Shown in pieces: positions 48,671 through 60,225 of a DNA stretch of 64,000 nucleotides (position 1 is its first letter; each line of letters opens with the position of its first letter). The notes under the pieces are model-generated. The model saw nothing but the letters and a program-made list of their open reading frames with translations, ran no database searches and was not told the DNA's origin. Both the position numbers and the translations under genes were made by a program. This DNA comes from Felis catus (lineage: Eukaryota). The DNA is taken from assembly GCF_018350175.1 (NCBI RefSeq), contig NC_058382.1:55802001-55866000 (forward strand), in the 5' to 3' direction.

Positions 48671-49984
48671 TAAAGTGTTCTTGGGAAAATTGGTATGAGA
48701 GTGGGGGAAACAGGGTAGGGCAGGGAAACAGCCTCAGCCTGATCCCTCGTGGCAGCTCTGGAGGTGAATTACACAGCACTGTCCTACACAGAGTCTGGGT
48801 CATCGGACTTTGATACTCCTGCACCAGTCGTAGACTGCAGCTGCCCCAGGCATGCTTCGCACCCAGGCACTCCTGGCTGTCTCGGATCCTTTAGGTGAAG
48901 TGGCTCCAGAAGAACATGGTGGTCTTCTGCAGGACATGGGATGAAAGGAGCAAAGCTAGTCAAAGTGGGAGATGGACACACCAAATTGGTTAAGGGAATC
49001 CAAGGAGATTTAGACAGCACTCTTTTCATGTCCGCTGTGCAGGAGTACAGCGAGAACTACTAGCTGTCTACAGTTGTGGTGCTAGCAGTTAGCAAAACCA
49101 GGTTTGATGCCTGGACTGTCTGGCCCCGTGATTGCTCCCTGACACTACTCTGTAGTGTGCTATCCTGAAGGCTTTGGGAGTTTCACCAGGCTATGAAATT
49201 GGGAAATACATTTAATGATTTCCTGCATCCCGAGGTGCAGGGAGATAGCAGAAGACATGTGAACCATCTCCTGGACATCCCTGGACAGGAGACCTGAGCT
49301 ATTCCTGCACAGAAATCTCTGAATGGCTCACATGTCTGGGAGGAAAGACATTCTTAGATATTTATTGAACAGATGCACCTTTTTAGCAAAAGAGGCAGTG
49401 GGTCTTAGCTAATGGTCTCTTAACTGGCCACTGACTCTTTAAGCTGGGGAGAAACAGAGGGCTGGTGGGATTTAGGAATAATCATAGTCAGGAAACACCT
49501 TTAACAAAAGGTAAGCCATGCCCATAAATGTCTGTTTCTCACATTACCCCCAATTCCAAAGGTTCACATCTGTACCATTAAACAATTGCCAAGTGACAGC
49601 TCCAGGGACACGGGGCTGCCAGAGGAATCACTGCTAATGCAGGTTTTATAATCTCCATTTATGTAACATAATTGGCTTAAGACTGTTGCTGAGAAGGAAA
49701 GAAGCCTGATGGTGTTTAGTGTGGGAAAACTTTTCTCTAGAAGCAAACTACAGGATAACAGAATGGACATGGCCATCCCTAATTATCTGCTATTATGAAC
49801 CTGGAGGAAAAATTATTACAAAAATGCCTCCTGACCGCGCCAGGGTAAGGCACAGAAATCAGGGCTGCTGTTAATGGAATTTATTGTCTCTAGTTTCTCA
49901 TCTCTCTGAATCATGCTTCTGCTGCTTCTTTGTTGTTATTTTGCCAAGAGTCCTGAGTGCTCTCTTTGTTATTATTTGTGGGTG

Positions 49985-50300
49985 AGCTTCAGCAACACAA
50001 TGTTGCTATAACAGTTAACCCTGAAATCTCAGAGGCTTAAAACAATGAAGGCTTAGTTCTCTCTTGTGACATGCCTTCTCATATCTTTCCTGTTATGTTG
50101 TTTGGAGCACATGGCCTCTTAGGGGAGAGAAGGATATTGAGGCACGCTGAGTCTTAATTGCCTCAATCTTGGAGCCATGTGGCACTTCCGCTCAGAAATC
50201 TTTGGCCACGTCTAGTCACCCGGCTCCAACCTACCTGCAAAGGAAGGTGGGAAATGTGAAGGAGCACAGGGCTCTTTGGTGAGCATTCTGTGCCCAGTCT
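49985..50300 (-). mobile_element. Old MaLR LTR (MLT1I/J-like)
   Basis: 'tgttgctataacag...ccctgaaatctcagaggcttaaaacaatgaagg', 'ttggccacgtctagtcac'. Confidence 0.55.
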
Positions 50301-50351
50301 TTCTTGATCACATCTTTATTTGTAATCTATTGTGTGTGGGTTTTGAAAATA

Positions 50352-50850
50352 TATTTTATTTTTTTTTAGAGCAGTTTTAGATTTGTAGCAAAATTAAGAG
50401 GAGTGTACAGAGATTACCCATATGTCCTCTGCTCTCTGACATGCATAGCCTTCCCCATTATCAATGTCTCACACCGGAGTGGTACATTTGTTACAATGAA
50501 TGAAACTACATTGACATAGCATAATCACCCAAAGTCCATGGTTTACATTATGGGTTGCTCTTTGTGTTATAACCCAGATCCTGTGCATTTGGACAATTGT
50601 GTAATGACAGATATCCTTCATTATGGCATCATACCCAGTATTTCCATGACTGTGAGATTCTTCTGTGCTTGGCCTATTCATCCCTCTCCCACATTAACTC
50701 CTGACAACCAATGATCTTTTTATTGTCTCCATAGTTTTGCCTTTTCCAGAGTGTCATAGAGTTGGAATCACACAGTATGTGTAGCCTTTTCAAATTGGCG
50801 TCTTCTGCTTAGTAATATCCATTTAAGTTCTGTCATGTCTCTTCATGACT
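50352..50850 (-). mobile_element. L1MC-like 3' end
   Basis: 'ttttagagcagttttagattt...gagtggtacatttgttacaatgaatgaa...cacccaaagtccatggtttacatta...gttttgccttttccagagtgtcatagagttggaatca'. Confidence 0.88.
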
Positions 50851-50919
50851 CTACCGTGTTTTGAAGACAATAAAGAAGTATGAGGTAGAGGCTGGTGTAA
50901 TAAGGCCAATTCATAACTT

Positions 50920-51060
50920 TTGAGGCTATTTAAATTTAAGGGCGAATTAAAAGTTCAGTTATTTACTTACACTAGCCACATTTTTAATGTTCAACGGCAC
51001 ACATGACTGGTGACTATCTTATTGGACAGCACAGAATGGAACATTTCCCTCATTGTACAC
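50920..51060. mobile_element. MER3-like hAT-Charlie fragment
   Basis: 'cacactagccacattt...cacatgactggtgactatcttattggacagcacaga...gaacatttcc'. Confidence 0.7.
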
Positions 51061-51949
51061 TTTCCAAGAGTATTCTAAATTGTTCCAGAGCATTCTAGCA
51101 TATTCCAGAACAAATGACTAATTACCAGACTGTGAGCCTAAGAGGTTTGTAGGGGTTCACTCAAGCCTCTGACTTAGGCCTCCTTTGGTGAAAATCAACC
51201 CCATGTGCCGCAATGATTTTAAAGCTGTGTTAGGCAGAGATCTACTCTGATTTTAGCTATATTGCAGGCTTCTGTGTAAGATTTAGCTGAAACAATAGAC
51301 TTGTGGCTGAGAAAAGTTTGAAAACCACCAGAGTCGTGTAAAAAGGCCTGGGGGCAGAGATAGCGGAGTTCGAATCTTTGTCTTTCCGTTTATGTGCTTT
51401 GAGATCTTTGACGAGTTAACTGATCCCCAGAGTCACAGACTTACCACCTCCGATGACTGAGATGGAAATACCCACTCGTAATGTTGTTATGAAGGTGACA
51501 GGAGGCAGCATGCAAATAGGCTGTCATGGGATCTGGTGCTTTTAAGTAAGGGCTTCAGAAACGACAGGCACTCTCAGTGTCATCATTTTAGTCCTGTCAC
51601 CTTCATCAATAATTTAGAAAAAAACTAACTGTGGATGATTTGAAACTAGAGAAGGGTCTTAAAGAGGTTGAAATGGTGGACTTAGTTTACAAAAGGAAAT
51701 TTAGTAGGGATAAAATAACATCTCACTTTGGAGTCCAGGGATGTGAGCAGATAAGACTAAAATTGGGAGATTACATGGTCTGATGGCAGCATGTCGAAGG
51801 ATAGTAATTTCATTTTTGTTCAACCTTATAACAGGGCTGTATTCAGAAATGTGCACGTCCCGTACTTATTTGTCCTGGCAGACTATGTATTTGTGAGGCT
51901 TTAGGTCTTGTTATTTTAGAGAGGTCAAGATGAACTAGAGTAATTTGCT

Positions 51950-52560
51950 TCTTTCAATAAATATTTACTGAGCATCTCCTGTGTTACAGGTACTTGGGCT
52001 ACGAGGACAAACACAAAGAGATTGGCCATTGATCTCTGAGAGCTCATAGTCTAGGGAAGGGGGGAGATACTAAGTAGACACCCGAAATGAATATAAAATT
52101 AAAACTTCATTACGTGCCAGGAAGGAGCAGTTCATGGTGTCCAAAGAAGCTTTATTGAGAGAACCTCCCTTCTGTTCAGGGAGACCAGGGAAAGTTTCCT
52201 TGGGATTGAAGATTGATGTAAGACCTAGGAGGAATAAAGGTGAGTTGGGTGAAAGAGGGGAGTGTTACAGGAAAAAGGATAGCATTTGTAAAGGGTGGGA
52301 TGACCAGGAAGGAGGAACATTGGTTGCAGAGAGGAAGGCTCTTGCTGATGCAGGACACATTTTGGGACATAAGGTTGACAAAGGGAGACAAGGACCAGAC
52401 CATAGAGGGTCATGTAGGCTGTGTATGATTTAGATCTTTATTCTGGAAGCAATGGGAAGCTCTTGAAGGGTTTTAGATAAGGGAGTAGTCTGGCCGTATT
52501 TGCCCTTTGAGAAGATTACTCTGGCTGTAGTGTAGAGAGTGGATTAGAAGTGGGAAAAAA
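51950..52560 (-). mobile_element. L2 fragment
   Basis: 'tcaataaatatttactgagcatctcctgtgtt...gagctcatagtctaggg...agcaatgggaagc...ttgaagggtttt...gaagattactctggctg'. Confidence 0.8.
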
Positions 52561-52599
52561 GTAGATTTCACCATTTGACTTTGAACAATTTTCTCCTAC

Positions 52600-53720
52600 T
52601 ACCAGTAAATAAAAGAGCCTGCTTTACTCCACTTCAAAAGCTCAGAGCGTGATCATAAAGCTTTGACCTAAAATTATATTTTTTGTTTTATTTAGCAATT
52701 TTTTTAAATTGGAGAAATGGAATCATTTTTGTTTATTTGGACATTTACATTTCTTTTGTAATTTAGCTTTTTGTGACTTGGAATTTTAAAAATTTGCCTT
52801 AAGAATTTTTATTACAGATTTATATGTGCTTTCAATGTATTGAGGCACTATCAATTTGTTATATTTTTGAAACTTATTGAAGTGTAAGTAACATATGCAC
52901 AAATACATGCATACACACACAAATACACTTTGTGTGGGTTTTAAAACATTTTCCCCATGTTTTGTTACTTTTAAAAGTTAAAAAACGCTTTAATTTTTAT
53001 AAATACAAATATATTTTCCCTTGCTGTTTTTTCATCGCTTTCATACTTAGGTACTTTGAGCAAAATCAGCTAATTTTTCACTTTTTAAAAACTTAGAAAT
53101 GTGTCCTATGTATACATTTAACTCTTTGTTCCACCAGGAACTTATTCAATGGACTAGAACCCCAGAAAAATATTTAAAACTATTTTAGAGGGGGTGCCTG
53201 GGTGGCTAAGTTGGTTAAGCATCTGACTTCGTCTCGGGTCATGATCTCACAGCTCGTGAGTTCAAGCCCCGCATCGGGCTCTGTGCTGACAGCTCAGAGC
53301 CTGGAACCTGCTTCAGATTCTGTGTTTCCCTCTCTCTCTGCCCCTCCCCCACTCACACACTCTCTCTCACTCTCTCCCTCAAGAATAAATAAACATTAAA
53401 ACAAATTCTAAAAAAAAAAAATTATTTTAGATATTATGTACTCCTATCTAATTTCTGATTTTAGGAGGAATGTTGCATGTTTCACCATTAAATATAATGA
53501 AAGTTGATTTAACCTAGTTTTTGTGTCGTGTTAAGTCAATTTGCTTTTATTCTTAATGTGCTAAGTTTTTTTTGGTTTTAATTATGACTAGGTTACATTT
53601 TATTGATTTATTTTTGTATCTTTAAAATTTACCTATTGATATGATGTGTTGTATGTTTCCTATTATTAAACCATACTTGCCCCCAAAGAGTAAACTACAT
53701 TTGGTTGTAGCACATGTTTC
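52600..53720 (-). mobile_element. Ancient L1M remnant, interrupted by a SINE
   Basis: T-rich; 'gtttcaccattaaatataatg', 'ttgcttttattcttaatgtgctaag', 'attaaaccatacttgc'. Confidence 0.55.
53190..53417 (+). mobile_element. Feline SINE (SINEC_Fc2-like)
   Basis: 'ggggtgcctgggtggctaagttggttaagcatctgacttcg...gagttcaagccccgcatcgggctctgtgctgacagctcagagcctgg'; TSD aaaactattttaga/aaaattattttaga. Confidence 0.95.
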
Positions 53721-54211
53721 TTCTCTTGATTTATTTATGCATTCATTTAATCAGTGCTCATTAAATGCCTCCTACATGCCCAGCACTCGTTGGGCAAGGG
53801 GGCAAGGGCCCAGCAGTGGGCAGAAAAGGACCCTGACCCCGTGAGGTTTCCAGTCTAGGAGACAGTAAACATGTATGCAGATAAATGTGAAGAAAAGCAT
53901 AACACAATGAGTAAACAGCAAAGGGGACGCACTATTTTAGCTCCTCAGGTAAGGCATTTCCAAGACAATGACCTGAGTGGTGAGAGGGAGAGAACGCTGC
54001 TTCATCATCCCTCCGGAGCCTCTCAGCCCTCTCAGGTATGTCCCTGATTTAGTTCCCACGTTGTTGCTTCTGTTTTTCCCTGCCTCTGAGGCGGACCTAG
54101 TTTCCATTGCTGAATGTCTGGATTTCCGATGAGCTTTAGTAGAGAGCTCTTGGTGTGCGTGTTTCTATCCTCTCTATCTGGTTTTTCCTGTAGCTCTATG
54201 CTTTGCCCATT

Positions 54212-54451
54212 AAAAAAAATTTTTTTTTTGCAATGTTTATTTATTTTTGAGAGAGAGAGAGAGACAGAGCATGAGCGGGGGGGGGGGGGGTGGGGGGGGG
54301 GCAGAGAGAGAGGGAGACACAGAATCCAAAGCAGGCTCCAGGCTCCAAGCTGTCAGCACAGAGCCCAACGCGGGGCTCGAACTCACAGACCGCGAGATCA
54401 TGACCCGAGCTGAAGTCGGACGCTCCACCGACTGAGCCACCCCAGAGCCCC
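54212..54451 (-). mobile_element. Feline SINE (SINEC_Fc2-like) with expanded G run
   Basis: 'gagggagacacagaatccaaagcaggctccagg...cggggctcgaactcac...gctgaagtcggacg'; degenerate TSD tgctttgcccatt/tgctttgcttatt. Confidence 0.94.
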
Positions 54452-56419
54452 TGCTTTGCTTATTTCTTAAAGAACATAATATCTAGAGACATGTTCTTCC
54501 TTTTCCCTATGCCCATTATCTCTTCAAGTTTGTTCATTTTATCCCTCATTCATTCAGTCATTTTTCTATTGATGTGCTCACCCTATTTTTTGTTGGTGGC
54601 CTCTTTGCTCTGGGCAGGGTACTGCTATGGTACTGTTAGCACTTTCCTGGAGGGTGAGGGGTGTCTTGTCAACAGACTGAGCAGAACTGCCCTAGGGGCC
54701 CCTTCTGGGCCCATGTGGGGTTGCTTTTCTTTCTGATCAGATCTCAATGCCCTGCACATGCACAAGCTTATGTTTCATGCTTAACAGCCAGGTAAACTCT
54801 TCCGTGCATGCCTACTGGAATGAGGGAAGGGCCTTTCTTACCCCAACCTGGTTTCTCCGGCACAGTTTACAGTGTATACTGTGGACATGAGAGCCCGCAT
54901 TGCTAATAAGAGAGTTTTCCCTTAGGTAGCCAAGCATTTCAGAATCAAAGCTAATTCTTGCCAAAGCACATGTCACTGTTACTGTCTTAGAATGAATGGA
55001 GATAAAGAGGAGTCATTGATGCAGAGAGAAGGGACCTCCTGTGATCCCAGTTCTGGGTATCTCAGAAGGATGCTCCTGGGCATTGCCTTCTATTTCTTTC
55101 CTGGCCACTGTGGAAAAAAAGGGCAAGAAGTGAATTTTAATGGTGTGAGTGGCTGACACATTTCCTACTTTCTTTGGGGGCATTCATGCTATTGTGAATT
55201 AAAGGGTAGGACATATGGTATATATTCCAAGAATGTGCTTTTCTATCAATCCCTATCGTCAATGCAGTTAGGAAAAATTCCTCCTGGATTTTTGTCATGG
55301 GTTTTTTCTGCTAGGACCAGATGCAGTCTGTTGTTCATATCTTCAAGCACTTTTAATAAAAATTTGGAAAGAGGCAGGCATACCAGGCACAGGTGTTCTG
55401 TCTCTATGTTCACCCAGAAGTGTCCCTAAGAAAGGTTTCTAATAGTTCTGAAGATTGAATATGCTGTCTTTATGAGAATGTATTTCTGGCCTCTGGAGCT
55501 CCTCAGACACGAGCTGGGTCCTCACTTGGCTGTGATGCTGAAGTGGTGATTCCAAATGTTTTGAGTCAGAAAAATAAGTAGGTTTTACCTTGTGGACTCA
55601 ATCTGATGGATAGTTACCGGCCATCTGGGCTCAATGGGAATGGTGTCACGATCCATTAGCAAGGTCTGTCCTGGGCATGGAGAGTAGGGAGGATAGAGGC
55701 ACACACACCATGCCTATGTCATTCCTGGAAAAGGAATTGAACTAGCAGATCTATAATGCGCTTCAAGCACTAATGATTCCAAGAGGAATGGCTTCCATAT
55801 TCCTATCAAATTACTTATGGGAACATGATGAACAATATTAGAGCAGTGCTTCTGGAAGGATCTGGAAGTTAAGTATCACAGGAGTTTCAAAGTGGACTAG
55901 TTTAGAGATGATGAGCTTGTAAATTCACATTGGTATTATTTCTAGAAAGTCAGCCACCTGTGGGGTCTATGGTTTTCTTGATTCTGTTTGCTTGTCATTG
56001 AATCATTGGCTCATATTGGCTGATTAATGTATGTATTTGTCACTTATTGAGCATTTACTTTGTGGCATGCTCTGTAATAGATCTTCTAGGTAAAGATGGA
56101 TCAGAGGATGAACAATTCCTAACTTTACAGCTTCCTGAGAAATTGGGTCACCTTGAGGGTTGGCATTGAAACCGTTGGGCTATATGCAGATTTTAGGATG
56201 TAGCCTCCAGCAAAGCCATTGCTTTTTAACTCTGGGTTTTTGTTGGAACATGGTCAGAAACTGTCTGGAGAGGAAAAGAGGCTACAGCAGGGTTTAAGTA
56301 CCCTTACTTTTCCTAACTATTGAGTCATAGATGTAGCAACACTGAACTCACAATGCTTTCAGTTCCTGTTGATAGATAAGGAGTGTTTTCTTCTCAAATT
56401 ATGGACAAGATATCTTCCA

Positions 56420-56655
56420 TGAGGTGTAGCATGATGGTTAACAGGTGTGGGCTTTGGCATCTGAAGTTGGCTCAAATCCCAGGTCTGTCACTAGTTGGTA
56501 ACTTGAAGCAAGTCACTTGACCTCTTTGAGTCTGTTTCCTTATCTGTGAAATGGAGAGGACAATAGGACCTGCCCAGGTAGAGTTGAAGATTAAAAAAGA
56601 TAATGCATGTGAAGCATTTAGCACCATGGAGATGGACTACAGTGATCACTCTAAC
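56420..56655 (+). mobile_element. MIR SINE, near full length, followed by (TG)n
   Basis: 'gtagcatgatggttaa...gggctttgg...tcaaatccca...caagtcacttgacctct...tttccttatctgtgaaatgg...gataatgcatgtgaagcatttagcac'. Confidence 0.85.
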
Positions 56656-56902
56656 ATGGGTATGTGTGTGTGTGTTTGTGTGTGTGTGTGTTAGATAGTA
56701 AAACCTTGGTTCCATGTAGGAGTCCATTTCACTCTGTAGCCACTCTTTACTTCAGAATTTTATTAATCTGTGAGTTTGAGAACAGGAAGGAATAAAGGTA
56801 ACAACTGTAATCTTATGAACTGCCCCTGTCCAGATACCATACTCAAACTTATTCTAAACCTGCCGTTTCTTCAAGTGTGCTGTTCATTTCCGAATGTATT
56901 AA

Positions 56903-56921
56903 TAGTGCCCTCTGCTGCCCA
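56903..56921 (-). promoter_or_regulatory. Candidate CTCF binding motif
   Basis: tagtgccctctgctgccca, minus strand TGGGCAGCAGAGGGCACTA, close to consensus TGGCCASYAGRKGGCRSYA; in non-repeat sequence. Confidence 0.45.
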
Positions 56922-57967
56922 CAGCATGGCAACTTAACGAGAGCTCCTGGGGCAGACGGGTGGGATCTGGGTCTGAGCACCTGCCTCTTCCTTGTCTCCC
57001 TTTCATCCCCAGACACATTTTCCTCCTAGTTCACAGCTCCATTTTCTCGACTGCTTTTCCAGCTAAGCTGTGAGTCATCAATTTCAACCTTTAATTCAAG
57101 TTTGTGTCTGGACCTGAACCAAACCATAGATAGATACCCATAAAGGTTGTGCAGATGAGGATATACGGTTCTCTTGCTTTTGATCTGCAGCAGGCTGAGA
57201 TTGGTTCCACGGTGGCAGAAGCCAAGTCTATTTTCTTGTGTTACAACGCAGGACTCAAGTCATGCCCAGAGCTGGCTGAGCGATTATCTAAATCGGAGCT
57301 GCGTGCAATGTGCCTCGCCATGTTTATCGACTGACTTCACAGCCAAGTACAGTCAAAGCTTCCATAGGATGGTCTCTAAATCTGATCACTTTGTCTTTTG
57401 TGGTGGTGTGGGGATGTGGAGAAGTTAGATAGAAGCAGGAGCAAGGGCTCCTGATAAATTTAGGTTCCATTTGACCTCCACCCCATTTAGACCTTTTAGT
57501 ATAATTATAACTCCTCTCATGGGAATGAACTGTGGAGACATTGGTGAGGAAAATGGTCAGTACACGGGAAATCCTTGTACATCACGCCTAGTAAAGTGCA
57601 GGCTAGCCACAGGGAGATGGGGGAAATGTGAGGCAGTGGTTTGCTTCTGCAGTGGAGTGTGTTTTTTGAGTAGCAAGGCAAGAAGTTGAAATGGATTTGC
57701 CCTGCACCAGCCGTACTCTCTGTCCCCACATCCTGGCCCATGTCAGCGATTGGGGGGGTGCCTAGGATGGCACAGGCTGGGTTTCCTGAGTGAAAACTCT
57801 AATTAATTTCTATCATATCAGAACTGGAGATCTTGGCATCCCTAAATCTCGTATCCCAAACACCAGATCTAACCATCCAAACTAAAGAGAAACACAAATC
57901 TGGAACACTGTATATGATTTTCACACCTAGAATGTTCCATTTGCTTCCACATAGCCATACAATATAC

Positions 57968-58170
57968 TACAGCACAGCAGTTATGAGCACAAGCTTTGGA
58001 ATCAGGTTGTCCTGGGTTTGAATCTCAGACATGCTACTCACTAGCTGTGCAACTTTGGATAGTTTGCCTCTTGATTTCCTTATCCCCATCCATCGGAGGT
58101 ATTCTGAGAATGAAAGTTGGTAGTGCATGCAGACACTTTGCACAATGCCCAACATAATTAGTGCTGGCTG
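57968..58170 (+). mobile_element. MIR SINE
   Basis: 'tacagcacagcagttatgagcacaagctttggaatcagg...cctgggtttgaatctcag...ctcactagctgtgcaactttgg'. Confidence 0.8.
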
Positions 58171-58317
58171 CTATTTCAGGGATGGTGTCATGGTGGGAAG
58201 CAGCTGGCCCACCTGTTTCAGAAGGAACCAAGCAATGAGCCCAAGAAAGCTACAGAGCTGAATTACTGTCCTCACTTGCTGCCCCTCAAACAGCTTGTTC
58301 ATCTGTACATTTCTTTT

Positions 58318-58523
58318 TAATTTTTTTAATGTTTATTTATTTTTGAGAGAGACAGAGTATGAATAGGGAGGGGCAGAGAGAGAGGGAGACACAGAATCTG
58401 AAGCACAATCCAGGCTCTGAGTTGTCAACACAGAGCCCGATGCAGGACTCAAACTCATGAACCGTGAGATCATGACCTGAGCCAAAGTTGGACGTTTAAC
58501 CAACTGAGCCACCCAGCCATCCC
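58318..58523 (-). mobile_element. Feline SINE (SINEC_Fc2-like)
   Basis: Full head and tail; TSD tcatctgtacatttctttt/tcatctgtatatttctttt. Confidence 0.95.
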
Positions 58524-59870
58524 TCATCTGTATATTTCTTTTCAGTCCTCAGGGCTTTCCACATCTCATTCCATTAGGCAAGTATCAGACATGGAACTTT
58601 TCTTAGATCTTTATAGTATCTACATTGCAAAATAGTTTTAAGGACTAAATACACTGTTAGCACTTACATGTATATAACTCTAGGGAACTTAAATAGGATT
58701 ATCAACTGCTTATCATGCCAAGTGAGGACATTCAAAGACAAATGAACACCACCATCTACTCTCACCACCATTTCATAGGGGAAATTAAAATTATATTCAG
58801 CATTGGGGAGTTTTCATGTCTCTTTAATTTGGATGGTTATCTCCAGTGTTTAAGGTGCCTGCCTCTGGGACTCCAGGAGCCCCCCCTTCTGATGTGGTAG
58901 AGGTTCGAGTTTTTGCCCAAGAGACAGGCTATACCAGCTGGGGCATTTACTCCTAACTGATATTGGTTGCAATGGTTATATAGAGACTGTGGGTGGAACG
59001 TTGAAAAGATTGCCCTCTATACTGCTTAAATTTACCTCTGTGGCAAAACTGAAAATATCATTTGGTGAAAGTCTGATATCCAGCCAGCTCTTGGGAATTG
59101 TTGGGCTAAAGGGGAGGAGTCCCTCACCTTTCAGAACAACTCAGTGTTCCCCACTGACCTCCTCCAAGAGAGTGGAATAGGAGGATAAAGAGAGGCCATC
59201 CGCTGCTCTTCTGAAGGTCACCTCTGGCAGATTTCCTTTCAAAAATGGCTCAAGGTTCGCACAAGGGGTGGGATGGAGATATGTGGGCTTAAGCCAAGCA
59301 ATTTGAGGTGATTTGAGGAGATTACCAGGTTTATGTGTTCTTCGCTGTGGTGAATAAGCAAGCGGTGTGCTGTCCCCAGACACCAGCACCAATTAGTTCA
59401 CTCCCTGAGGACATCCCAGACTTGCCAAAGTCTGGTCTTAGGTAGAACGGACACATGAACCTATGGAAAGAGGTTATCTTCATGCCTTTATTTGGGAGGG
59501 AAGAGAGCTGGGGAGCTCAGCTGTTACTTATTTTTTAACAGAACAGGAGAGAGAGGTCCCCTCCCTGCAGTAAAGGTGTGTGTATATTTGTGTGACAGCA
59601 CCTGGTTAGAAGAGGTGGGGGACAACCTACCAGCCTCATGAGGGGGTGGGTTTCCAGTTACCTCAGAGCATGATAATCCTTTCTTATGGAGACCTAGAAG
59701 AAATAAAACTAGGCCCTTGAGCCACTAGCTAATTGCTTGTGTGACCTTCAAAAATCATGGCGGGACCTGAAGCAAGAGAGACATGGTTGGAATCCTGGTT
59801 GTACCACTTCCAAGTTGTGTGGTCTGGGACAGATGGCACACCTTCACTGATCTATCTCCATCTTCTTTGT

Positions 59871-60225
59871 CACTGTCCTGTTCGGTACCATAGCCAACAG
59901 CCACATGTAGGTATCGAGCCCCTGAAACGTGGCTGGTGTGACCCAAGATGTGCTGCAAGTATAAAGCCCCCACTAGATGAGAAACACTCAGTATTGAAAA
60001 CAGAATGTAAACTATTTCAGCAAGGATTTTTACATTGATTACGTGTTGGCAGGTTGAAATTGATTACATTTTGGATATATTGGGTTAGATAAAAAGTATT
60101 GTTAGAGTTAATTTCACCTACTTCTTTTTACCTTTTCTTTTTTTTAATTTGGCCACTAGAAAATTTATTTACTTCTGTGGTTTAAATATAAAATTCAAGG
60201 TGTCCATTGTTCTATTTGACAGCTT
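59871..60225. mobile_element. MER33/MER3-like hAT-Charlie element
   Basis: 'tagccaacagccacatgt...tgaaacgtggctggtgtgac...gatgtgctgcaagtataaa...ttttggatatattgggtta...taatttcacc...ggccactagaaaattt'. Confidence 0.8.
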
